Below are positions 1-12,800 of a stretch of 25,759 nt of DNA, one piece after another (the first letter of the stretch is position 1; each line of letters begins with the position of its first letter). The stretch is from positions 1 through 25,759 of the IMG/VR virus record IMGVR_UViG_3300009152_000183. One strand, 5' to 3'. The stretch comes from a virus (taxonomy: Duplodnaviria; Caudoviricetes). The position numbers were made by a program, and so were the translations under genes. The notes under the pieces are model-generated. The model made no database searches and was not told the origin of the DNA. It was given only the letters and a program-made list of their open reading frames with translations.

Positions 1-861
1 AATGGTACATATGTATCTGATTTTAATAAAGAATTGATTAAGAATAAATTAAAACAATATAGTATCTCAGGAATTAATCAAAAAATAATTGATCTTAAGA
101 TATTGTATGTTGAGATTGATTCTTCAATTTATTACAATTCATCTCAGGTGTCTTCCGTAAATTCTTTAACAACTAAAATATCAAATTCTTTAGAAAAATA
201 TTCAAATTCATTAGATTTTAATAAATTTGGTGGGAGATTTAAGTATAGTAAGGTTCTTCAAATCATTGATAATACCGACAATGCAATAACATCAAACATT
301 ACTAAAGTTAGAATAAGAAGAGATCTTAAGGTAACACGACAACCCACACAGTATGAATTGTGTTTTGGTAATAAATTTCATATCAATCCTGAAGGATACA
401 ATATAAGGTCTACCGGGTTTAAAATTTCAGATGAACCTGATACAGTATATCTAACCGATACTCCTTCCAAAGATTCAAATGGAAATCTAACTGGAACTGG
501 AATAATTTCAATAGTGAAACCATATATGGCAATTTCTGGTGTTGGAACCACATCTATTATGAAAACTCCAATTGCAATTAAATCTGCAGGTACTGTAGAT
601 TATATAAAAGGAGAAATTAAATTAGGAACAATTAATATTACTTCAACATCTTTATCAAATGATATTATCGAAATTCAGGCATTTCCAGAATCAAATGATG
701 TTATTGGATTAAAAGATTTATATTTAGTTTTTAATATCGAAAAAAGTTCAATAAATATGGTAAGAGACGTAATTTCTTCTGGCGATGAGATATCTGGAAC
801 AGTATTCTCTAGAGATTTCTACACGTCAAGTTATCCAAACGATAAACTAATAAGAGTGTAA
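1..861 (+). CDS. gp6: Baseplate wedge subunit, T4 gp6-like (C-terminal part; gene starts before the window)
   Basis: Frame 1 is open from base 1 (NGTYVSDFNKELIKNKLKQY...), so the ORF-track start at 34 is not the true start. Motifs LNKFGGRFKYSK-like (here FNKFGGRFKYSKVLQIID), ITSNIT, YELCFGN and AGTVDYIKGEI match gp6 C-termini of T4-like cyanophages. It lies directly upstream of gp7 and gp8. Confidence 0.9.
   Translation, partial: NGTYVSDFNKELIKNKLKQYSISGINQKIIDLKILYVEIDSSIYYNSSQVSSVNSLTTKISNSLEKYSNSLDFNKFGGRFKYSKVLQIIDNTDNAITSNITKVRIRRDLKVTRQPTQYELCFGNKFHINPEGYNIRSTGFKISDEPDTVYLTDTPSKDSNGNLTGTGIISIVKPYMAISGVGTTSIMKTPIAIKSAGTVDYIKGEIKLGTINITSTSLSNDIIEIQAFPESNDVIGLKDLYLVFNIEKSSINMVRDVISSGDEISGTVFSRDFYTSSYPNDKLIRV
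750..757 (+). promoter_or_regulatory. Candidate T4-type late promoter (AATAAATA) inside the 3' end of gp6, about 105 nt before gp7
   Basis: Matches NATAAATA, the relaxed late consensus described for T4-like cyanophages. Its position resembles the boxes before the VrlC-like gene and gp15. Chance occurrence is possible in AT-rich DNA. Confidence 0.5.
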
Positions 862-862
862 C

Positions 863-3800
863 ATGATAGGTACTGGGTTTGAATCTAGAGTAAAAGTACA
901 GCAAATAATTCAAAATCAACTTCCAGAATTTATACTGGATGAAAGTCCTAATGCAGTTGAATTTTTAAAACAATATTATATTTCTCAGGAATATCAAGGC
1001 GGTCCTGTAGATATTGTAGAAAATCTAGATCAATATTTAAAACTTGACAACTTAACTCCTGAAGTTGTTGTAGGTAACGTTGGTCTCAGCACCAATATTA
1101 CCTCTACTGTTGGAGTCATTACAGTAACAAGTACTAAAGGATTTCCTCAAAAATATGGACTTTTAAAAATTGATGATGAAATTATTACATATACTGGAAT
1201 AACCACAAATACATTTACTGGATGTATTCGTGGTTTTAGTGGAATTACTAGTTATCATCAAGATTTAAATTCTGAAGAATTAATATTTTCTGAGTCTGCA
1301 AAGACATCACACACTCAAAATACTTCGGTACAAAATCTAAGTTCATTATTTTTGAAAGAATTTTATAAAAAGTTAAAAATAACATTAACTCCAGGATTAG
1401 AGGATACTGATTTTGTTTCAGATTTAAATATTGGCAATTTTATAAAAAATGCCAGATCTTTCTATCAAGCAAAAGGAACGGATGAATCATTTCGAATTTT
1501 ATTCAATATTCTTTATGGAGTAACTCCTAGAGTTGTAAACTTAGAAGATTTTTTAATTAAGCCATCTTCTGCAGAGTTCATTAGAAGAGAAGTTGCAATA
1601 GCAGAAAGAATCTCTGGAAACCCTTCTAAATTAGTTGGGCAAACTATCAAAAAATCTATTAATGGCATTGATGATGAAATTACAAGTGCATCAATTTCTG
1701 AAGTAGAATCATTTACAAGAAATGGTAGGCAATATTTTAAAATTTCATTATTTGTTGGATATAATGATGTTTCTGCAATTGAAGGTAATTTTACAATTAC
1801 GCCAAATACAAAGTGTATAGAAAATGTCTCTGTCGGATCTTCTGTAATTTCTGTAGATTCTACTATTTCATTTGCAGAAAAAGGAACAATCATATCTGGC
1901 AATAATATTATCACTTATACAAGTAAGAGTGTTAATCAATTTTTTGGTTGTACTGGTATTACATCTACAATTAATTCTACAGATAACATAAGATCTGATG
2001 AAATTTATTATGGGTATGAAAATGGAGATATTACTAAAAAAGTTGAATTGAGATTTACTGGAGTGTTATCTAAATTTGTACAAGTATCGGACAATTTAGA
2101 CGCAAGTGAAGGAGATATTATTTCAGTTAAAAATTTGGGAGAAGTAATTCAAAATCCAGAACAAAATAAAAATTATAAACAAATATTTGCAAATTCTTGG
2201 ATTTACAATACTAGTTCAAGATATCAAATAGAAGATATTGATAACTTTATTTTAACTAGTCCAATTGATAAGTCAAGTTTAAAAATTGGAGATAGAGTTG
2301 AAATTGTTGAAAGGGACACAAATAATATAGCATCTTCTACTACAAATATTGCATATATTTCTAATATTATTCCAGGAAATGGAATTGTTTTAAATAATCT
2401 GAATTTTACTGCAATACCTGGAGTAAAATATGACCTAAGAAGAAAACTTAATACTGCAAGCAGTTCAGTAGTTCCAATTGAATATGGAAACAATGTTATT
2501 TTATCGGATACATTGAATTTATATACAGATAAAAATTATGCATATGTTGCTTCAAATTCATTACCTTCTAATAATCAAATCAATCCCAATCAATCAATTC
2601 CATACACATATCAAATAACAAAGAATATTAATACTACATCAATTAGTAATGGTACAGTTGGGGAACTAACAGATGCTGTTGGTGACGGTACTTATTCATC
2701 CATAGCATTTGAAAATCCAGTTAATTTTATTGATGGTGATAGAATTTATTATCAACCAGCAGTAAATCCTTTGGTTGGTTTAGAGACTGGTAGTTATTAT
2801 GTTCAGATTCAATCAGTAGATAAGAAAAAAATTAGATTATATTTTTCCAAGTCATTTGTTGGAGGATCTAATTATTTAACATTTGAGCCTTCAAGTGGTG
2901 CCCATAAATTTACATTATATTCCCAAAAATCTAATGAAATTGCACCTCAAAAGATACTTAAAAAATTCCCATTAAATGTAAATGATACAAATGGAACTGG
3001 ACAAGTAACAATTCCAGGTTCAACTGGAATGTTAATTAATGGTGTAGAAATCGGCAACTACAAATCAAATGATAAGATTTATTATGGACCATTAAATTCC
3101 ATTAATGTATTAAATGGTGGAGTAAACTATGACGTTATTGATCCACCATTAGTATCAGTTTCATCTGGGACAGGAACTACTGCTTTAGTCCAACCTGTAA
3201 TTAGTGGAAATATTAAAAGTGTTTATATAGATGCCCAAGATTACGATATTGATTCTATCGTATCAATTAGTGTAAGTGGTGGCAATGGTTCTGGTGCTGT
3301 TCTGGAACCAATTATCAAAAAAAGAGTACGTGAAATATTGTTTGATGGAAGAACAACTGCAAATTCTGGCGGAATTAGTACAACCACACAACAACTCACA
3401 TTTTTAACTAATCACAATTTAGTTAATAGTGAATCTGTAACTTATAATTCCAATGGAAATTCTGCAATTGGTGTTGGGTTTGCAAGTTCAACTTTAGTTA
3501 ATAACGGAACATATTATGTAAAAATTGATAATAATAGTACTGTTAGATTGTACCAGTCCATTTCAGATTATTCGGCCGGAATTAATACAGTAAGATTTAA
3601 TTCAAATAATACTTCAGGAATTCACAAATTTGTAACTACTTCAAATAAAAATACAATATCACAAATTAAAGTTATTAATGGTGGAAATGGATATACTAAT
3701 AGGAAATTAATTGTAAATCAAACAGGAATATCTACAATTAATCATACAATTAATTTTGAAAATCATGGATTCAGTAGCGGCGAGTTGGTAACTTATAATT

Positions 3801-6800
3801 ATCAGACATCTTCAATAGGAATTTCTACATTATCGCAATATTATATTTTAAAGAACGATGAGAATTCTTTTAGGTTGTGTGATGCTGGAGTTGGTGGAAC
3901 AAATACTTCAAATTATAATAGAAAAAATCATATTATATTTTCTTCTACTGGATCTGGATATCAGTACTTTAATTATCCAGATATTTCGGTCTCTATACAG
4001 TATACTTCTGTAGGTTTTGGTACGACGACACAACAATATCAAACACTCATAGCAACTCCTAAAGTTAGAGGTGCTATTATTGATGCATACTTATATGAAA
4101 CTGGAACTGGTTATGGATCATCTATTTTAAATTTTGAAAGAAAACCATCAATAAGTATTAAAAATGGCAAAGAAGCACAACTGAATCCAATCTTTATAAA
4201 TGGTACTGTAAATTCTGTAAACATTCAATATGGCGGATCGGAATATTATTCAACACCAGATTTAGATGTAATTGATCCAACAGGAGCAGGATCTGGAGCA
4301 GAATTGAGACCTATTATTATTAATGGAAAAATAACTGATGTTAAAGTTGTTAATGCTGGAATTGGATATTCTAGTACATCAATAATTAAAGTAAATTCAT
4401 CAGGTTCTAATGCATCTTTTAATGTTAATGTTAGATCTTTAACAGTTAATAATAATTTAAGATTTGGAAACGAACTATTAATAGAAACTGAAAATAAATT
4501 ACAATATTCAGTTTGTGGATACTTTAAAGAATTGAGAGATTCATTTAATGATACCGGATCTGCTTCTAATATAATTGGATGGGCATATGATGGAAATCCA
4601 ATATATGGTGCATATGGATATTCTGATGCAAACGATACTAATTCCAATCCAAAACTTTTAATTTCTGGTTATGAATTAAATATATCAAATGTTATTGATA
4701 GACCCACTGGATTTTTGAGTGGTTTCTTTGTTGAAGATTATCAATATACAAATGTTGGAGATTTAGATGAAAATAATGGTAGATTTGGAAAAACTCCAGA
4801 ATTTCCAAATGGAGTTTATGCATATTTTGCAACACTTACATCATCATCTGGAATATTAACACCCCAATTTCCATATTTTATTGGAAATTCTTATAGATCC
4901 AATACTTTAGAAGAGAATCTAACACTTGATCAGTCATTTGATTTCAATAATTCTAATCTACTTAGGAATACTTTACCATACAAGGTATCTGATGACTATG
5001 CAGGCAATGATTTTATAATTGAAACTAATGAAATTACGAGACAAAAATCAATTATTGAATCTGTAACTGATGGATATGTAAATGATTTTGATATTATTAA
5101 TTCCGGTTCAAATTATAAAGTGAATGATGTTTTAAACTTTGATAGTAACAATACAAAAGGTGGAGGATTAATTGCAAAAGTTTCATCTATAGAAGGAAAA
5201 GATATTGTAAAATTAACTACTTCTGTAGATACTTATAATAATGCTATTTTTACTTGGAATAATAGTGGAGAAATAAAGGTTTCTATCTTACCAAATCATA
5301 ATCTATCAAATAATGATTATGTTGTTGTTTCTGGACTCTCAACTAGTTTAAGTAAATTAAATAATTCTTATCAAATAGGAGTATCTTCCTATTACTCTAA
5401 TGTTCTAAAGAATATTCCTTCTACATTAACCGTAGGATTAACAACAGAAGTATATGTTACACAACTTCCAGCATCTGTATCTATTGGAAGCAGTATTAGA
5501 ATAGGAGCAGAAACATTACAAGTACTAGAAGTATTCAGAAATCTTAACATACTTAAAGTAAAGAGAGGATCCACAGGAGTATCTCATACTGCAACTACAC
5601 AAATAAACTTTATTCCAGATTCATTTACAATTTCTCAAAATATTGACTATTTTGAGTCAAAGATCAATGACAAAGTATTCTTTAATCCAAAAGAATCTGT
5701 TGGTGTCGGAACTACTGCAGGAATTACAAATAATATAACTTTACAATTCGGTGATTCTATAATTACAAGAAACATTCCAACACAAGGAATTTATATTGAA
5801 ACTCATCCATTTACAAATAATCAGCAAATTGTATATAAAAACAATGGATTAAATATTTCAATCTCAACTTCACCAACTGGAAGTCAATTTGATTTGCCAC
5901 AAAATGTATATGTTACTAACAAGAATAAAAATGTCATTGGAATTAAAACTACACTAAACTCCTCTGAAGTATTCTTCCGTGGAAATGGTAGTGATGCAGA
6001 TGAATATTCCTTTGAAAGTGTATATTCACAATTAACTGGAAGAGTTGAAAAAATTAAATCTACAGTTTCAGTTTCTACTGCACATAATTTAACTAATGGG
6101 GACTTAATTAATTTAAATGTTAAACCAAATCTATCTGTAGGAATTGGAACGTCAACATCAATATACGTTAAGAGAGATACAACTACTGGAAATATTTTAA
6201 TTAATCCTATTGGATTTAATTCTACTGGAATTAATACAACATCTAGTACAATTACAATTAACTCACACAATTTAAAGACTGGAGATAAAATTTTATATTC
6301 TGCAGATTTAATTGCATCTGGGATATCAACCGGTTCTTATTATGTTTATAAAGTTGATGATAATAATATAAAACTTTCACAAACTTACATTGATGCTAAT
6401 ACTATTCCTCCAACTACAGTAAGTATTGCATCTACTGGAGGCAAAAATCAAAGTATTTCATTAATAAATCCAAAAATTGAATCAATTAAAAATAATAATC
6501 TAGTATTTAAATTGGCAGATTCTTCATTATCTGGATATAAATTTAAAATTTATTATGACCAGGAATTTAAAAATGAATTTGTTTCCACTGCATCTACTTC
6601 CAGATTCAATTTATCTGGTGTAGGAACTGTCGGAGTTTCAACTAATGCAACACTTACCATCAATTATGACAATACTCTACCAACTCAATTGTACTATAAT
6701 TTGGAAAAATCTGGATATGTTGGAACATCTGATGTCGAAGTAAATAATTATTCTCAAATATTGTTTACAGATAGTGTGTATAGTTCAAACTATAATGTTT

Positions 6801-9800
6801 CTAGTATTGGATCTACTACTTTTAACATTTCTTTGGACAAAATTCCTGAAAAACTAACATATTCTCAAGATGAATGTGATACTTTATCATATACTACAAA
6901 TTCTGTATCTGCAAAAGGTCCCATTGGTAAAATTGACATCATTTCTGGTGGGGTAGGGTATAAGAAATTGCCAATATTTACCGGATCTGATTCTATTGAC
7001 GGTCAAGATGCTTATATTATTGCAAAATCATCAACTATAGGAAATGCAAGAGAAGTAAGAATTATTAATGAAGGATTTGAATATTCTTCGGATAAAACTT
7101 TACAACCCAATGCATACATATCACCATCAATTACAATTAAAAATTCAAATACAATTGATGCTATTAGAGTTACTGATGGTGGAAAAGATTATGTTAATGC
7201 ACCATCAATTGTAATTGTAAACACTACAACTGGAGAAAGAATTGATAGTGGAATATTAGAAGCAGTAATAAATGGAAATTCTATTTCCTCAGTAAATATA
7301 GTGCAAGAACCCAAAGGTCTTCCAGAAACAACAGTACAATTATTTGCAACTAATAATACAAACGGAATTAGCATCCAACAAGTACAATCTTCTTCTAGTG
7401 GAATTTTTACATGTTTTATAACAACACCAGTACTTGGATTTTCAACTAATCCATTTAATATTGGAGATAAAGTATTTGTAGAAGGTATTCAAAAAATTGG
7501 TAATTCTGGATCTGGATTTAATTCAGAAGAGTATGGATATCAGTTCTTTACAGTTAGTGGATATAATGATTCGGGTATTCTTGCTAAGGTTGTACTTAAT
7601 CTTAGTGTTGCTGGATTGACAACAAATACTGGAATAGCAAAAACAATTCAAGATTCATCCGCAAATATTATAAAAAAATCTAATTACCCAGAATTTGAAG
7701 TTGTACAAAAATTATCACCATTTATTATTGGAGAAACAATTATTTCCAATAATATTGAAAGGAATTTAATTATTACTGATTATGATAAAACATCTATTAA
7801 AGTAAATGGATCTTACGATTTATCTATTGAAGAAGTAATAAATGGTAAGGAATCTGGTAATATAGCAACTATAGACTCAATTAAAGATAATTCTGGAAGA
7901 TTTAATATTGATTATTTCGTTAGAAAAGATCTTGGATGGGTAGATAATATTGGAAAATTAGATGAAGATGACCAAGTAATTGCAGATAATGATTACTATC
8001 AAAATTTATCGTATACAGTAAAGAGTCCCATCACATATCAAAATCTAAGAACTCCAGTCAATAATTTACTTCATACTAGCGGATTAAAAAATTTTGCAGA
8101 TACTGGAATTACATCCACTACAAATTCCACAATTTTAAATAGTTCAAATGCAACAACTATAATTTGTGACATAGTTGAAGAAAATAGAGTAGATACGATT
8201 TATGATTTCGATTTAGTAAAAGATGTTGATATTGTTGGAAATTCTTCTAAATTTTTAAATTTAAAAAATAAAAAATTAGTAGATTATACTGAATGTAAAA
8301 CTAATGTAGTTTTAAAAGTAGACGATATAAGCAGACAATTTTCTAATTTGGATGGAGAACCAAGTGAATTTTTAAATATTCTCAATTTGAATTCTTCATC
8401 ATCCTATAATAGTTTATTATTCAGTGTTTCTAATCCAAGTAATTCCCAAATTCAATTGACAGAATTAGTTATATTAAATAACGGAATCGACAATTTCTTA
8501 ATGCAAAAGGGAAGTATAGTTAATGTTGGAACAGGACTTACACAGATTTCTGGAGAAGAGATTGGTTCATTTTCAATATTTACAAATGAATACGATGAAA
8601 CTTATCTTCAATTTATACCCACTGATCCATATAATACAGATTATAACTTAAAATTAATTAATAATGAATTTAATTCGGATTTACCTGGTATTGGAACAAA
8701 TAGTATTGGATTTATTAATCTAACAGGTTCGAATGTAATTGCAAACTCGGGAATAACAACTTCAATTATATCTGTAAATTATAATAAATTTAGTTCTTTA
8801 AATGCAAATATTCAAATTACTGATTCTGAAACAAATCAGATGAATTTTATTGAGTTATATTTGACTGGTATTGGTACGGATATTTATATTTCGGAATATT
8901 ATTTTGATTCCGACTACGAAACTAATAATTATTCTGGAAATTTTATAGGTTCATTTGGTGCAGATATTAATATTTCTTCTGGAATATTGTCTTTAAATTA
9001 TACAAATGATTCTCCCAATGAAATTAGTATAAGATCAAAAATTGTTGGATTTGGTACAACAGCAGTTGGTGTTGGAACATATAGATTTAAATTACCTGGT
9101 CAGATAGATGAATTTGAAAGAACTGCAATATATCAATCAAATTATTCAACATCAGTTTCTGCAGCATCAACAACAGTAGTATCACTAAACAAATTTAATT
9201 TTAATGCAGTCAAATCTTTAGTCAAAGTTGGTTTTGGATCAACAAGTTCCCTGCATCAAATTATGTTGGTGCAAGATAAGACTAACATTTATGTTCAACA
9301 ATCACCATTCCTTTCAGTTGGAAGTACTACAGGAATTGGAACTTTTGGTGGAGAATATTCCGGAAATAATTTTATATTAAAATTTTATCCAGATTCATTA
9401 ATAACATCTAAAATTGATATTTTATCATTTAATCAGTGCTTATACACTATTCTAGATGATGTAAATATTCCACCAAGTCTTAAATATGGAAGTGTATCAG
9501 AATCTGTTAGAGTTAGTTTTTATAATGCAATTAATGGAGATAGAGTTAATAGGACTCAATTTGATTTAAATTCTAATAATTATCCAATTTTTGCAAAAAA
9601 GTTTGACCCCTCAAATTCCACTCAATTAAACCTATCTACAGGTAAATTTACAATAGAAAATCATTTCTTTAGCAACTTGGAGGAACTTGTATATACACCA
9701 AAAGCAACATTCTTAGGAATCGGTGTAAGCTCAATGATGATTGGACCGTCAACTATTTTACCATCAACAGTTTTCGCAATTAAAATTGATAATGATACGT

Positions 9801-12800
9801 TTAAATTAGCAACAACTAAAAATAATGCTCAAAACGGAATTGGTGTAACATTCACTTCCATTGGAGAAGGAAATGCACATCAACTTGAAATGCGGAAGAA
9901 AAATGAAAAAATAATTATTACGCTTGATAACTTAGTTCAATATCCACTGTTATATACTCCAATATCACATACTTTATCTGGAAATGGTGGACAAATTAGT
10001 ACCGAATCAACTACATTTGCTTTAAGTGGGATATCAACAATAATTCCAAGAGATATTTTAAAAATTGATAATGAATATATGAACATTATTAATGTTGGTT
10101 TAGGGACAACTAATATTGGACCGATTACAAATAGTGGGACAATATCTTTGGTAGAAGTTGTTAGGGGATTTGTAGGATCATCAGCATCATCTCACACGGA
10201 CTCTACACAAGCAAGAATTTATAAAGGTTCCTATAATATTGTTGATAATAGCATTTTCTTTACCAAATCCCCAAGAGGAAATCCACAAATAGAAAGAGAC
10301 TCTAGTAATTTAAGATTTGAAACATCCGATTTCACTGGTAGAGTATTCTTAAGAAATAATTATACAACCAATCAAATATATGATGATATATCCGATCAAT
10401 TTACTGGTATTGGTAGAACCTTCACATTAACTGTTGGTGGCGCAAATACTGTTGGATTAGGTTCTACTGGTGGAAATGGTATTTTATTCATAAACAGTGT
10501 TTTTCAAACACCAACAACCAATAATAATCCAGGAAATAACTTTAGAATTATTGAAAATTCTATTGCAGGAATAAGTAGTGTAGTATTTTCTGGTATTACA
10601 TCAGCAAATACTTTAGATATCTTTACTTCTCAATTTGATGTTAATCAAAATCAAACTCCTAGAGGTGGAATAATTATTTCCTTAGGGTCATCTACTGGAT
10701 TGGGATATGCACCTCTTGTTGGAGCAGCAGTAACTGCTGTAGTGGGAGCAGGTGGTAGCATTGTATCAGTTGGTCTAGGAACTACGGATAATCGTGGATC
10801 TGGATATAATGGCATCGTTTCTATTGGAGTATCAGTATATCAAAGTGGACATACTGGAGCAGCAGCAACTATAACAGCATCTGTTGGTGCAGGAGGAACC
10901 TTATCATTCAATATTATCGGTGGTGGAACTGGATATATAAATCCAAAAATATTTGTCTCAGAACCTTCTTATGAGAATCTTAGAGTGACTGGTATATCCA
11001 GGTTAGGTATTGGTACAACAACATCTACTGGAATAGGATTACTTTTAAATGTTGAAGTTGGAGCAAGTTCGACTACCGGAATAGGTTCAACATATTATGA
11101 AGTAACTAGATTTAATATTTCTAGACAGGGATACAATTTTCAACGTGGAGACGTATTTAAACCAGTTGGTTTAGTTACTGATTTAAGATTAGTATCTCCA
11201 TTATCAGAATTTAAATTAACTGTTCTTAATACATTTACAGATTCCTTTGCTGCATGGCAATTTGGAGAATTTGATTATATTGATTCAATTCAAAATTATC
11301 AAGATGGAGTTAGGACTAGGTTCCCATTATATTATAATAATGATTTATTGAGTTTTGAAATTCAAGAAGGTTCTCAGGTAAATCTTACAAATGCATTACT
11401 AATTGTTATTAATGGCGTAATTCAAGATCCTGAAGTAGCATATGAGTTTAATGGTGGAACATCCTTTGTATTTACGACGGCACCAAAACCAGAAGATAAT
11501 GTTGCAATATTCTTTTATAGAGGAACTGCAGGTGATGATAGTACATTGATTACAGACATTAACGAAACTCTAAAAAGAGGAGATTCTGTACAAGTGCTTA
11601 AAAATAATAGTATTCCTGGAACAATTTCGCAAAATAAGAGAACGATATTTGATTTATCATCCTCGGATAAGTTTGAAACTAATTTATATTCTGACCAAGG
11701 AGTAGACACTCAAAATAATAGACCATTAAGTTGGATTAAGCAAAAAGTTGATAGAAAAATTAATGGTGAGGATGTTTATAAAACCAGAGATTCTATCGAA
11801 TCTTTAGTATATCCAACTGCAAAGATTATTAAAGATTTTTCTACTACTTCTAATGAAATCTTTATCGATTATGGCCCAGGAATTGGACAAACTATTAATT
11901 GGTTTAAATATGATGTAAGTACAAAGTTTGATGCATTAATTTTTTCTGGAAATCCAGATCCAGTATCTGCTGCTATTACTGCAATAGTTTCTGCAGCTGG
12001 AACCATTCAGTCACTATCAATTACCAATCCTGGAAGTGGATATACTGGTTCATCAATTAATGTTAAAATTGCTGCTGCTGCAAGTAAGTTCGCTATTGGA
12101 TATGCGATTACAGGATCTTCTGGTATTGTTACAGATGTTATTATTACTTATGGTGGATATCAATATAATTCACCACCAACTGCTAGATTTGAAAGTCCTG
12201 GAGTCATTGGAGTTGGAATTGGAACCATTGCAACAGGAACAGCAAATATAACTGGTGGTATTGTAACTTCTGTTACAATCACAAATCCAGGATATGGATA
12301 TAGTTTTTCCCCCAAAGTCTCATTTTCTTCTCCAGAAGTTACCACTGCAACCGCAACTGCATCCATTTCTAATGGATCATTAACTGGAGTGGTGTCAATA
12401 ATAAATCCTGGTTTTGGATACACTTCCTCAAATCCACCAAGAGTTATTGTTCCACTTCCAGATCCAACATATGAAAATATTTCCAATATTACTTTAGTCA
12501 ATGGATTTTCTGGAATTATTACAGGAATTACAACTACAACTGGTAGTGGTGGAAATCGATTAGCACTTAAATTCCATATAGAAGCACCTTCATTAGGATT
12601 ATATAATCAGTTACAAGTTGGATATCCAATTTATATTTTTGATACTCGTGTTGGAAGGGGAGTAACTTCTATTGACAGTTCCGATTCATCCATAGTTGGA
12701 ATTGGTTCCACATTCTTGGATAACATTTATTATGTCCACCAGATTTCTTCAACTGGTACTACTGGAATTATTACCTGCAACATAAAATCAAATACATCTG

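Noticed and set aside
34-36. TTG start of gp6 given by the ORF track
   Set aside because: The frame is open from base 1, so the gene is truncated by the window edge.
12036-12251. Leu/Gln-rich 71-aa alternate-frame ORF that looks like a membrane peptide
   Set aside because: It is a frame-shifted shadow of gp7's T/A-ending Ala/Thr/Gly/Val codons. No SD or promoter supports it.
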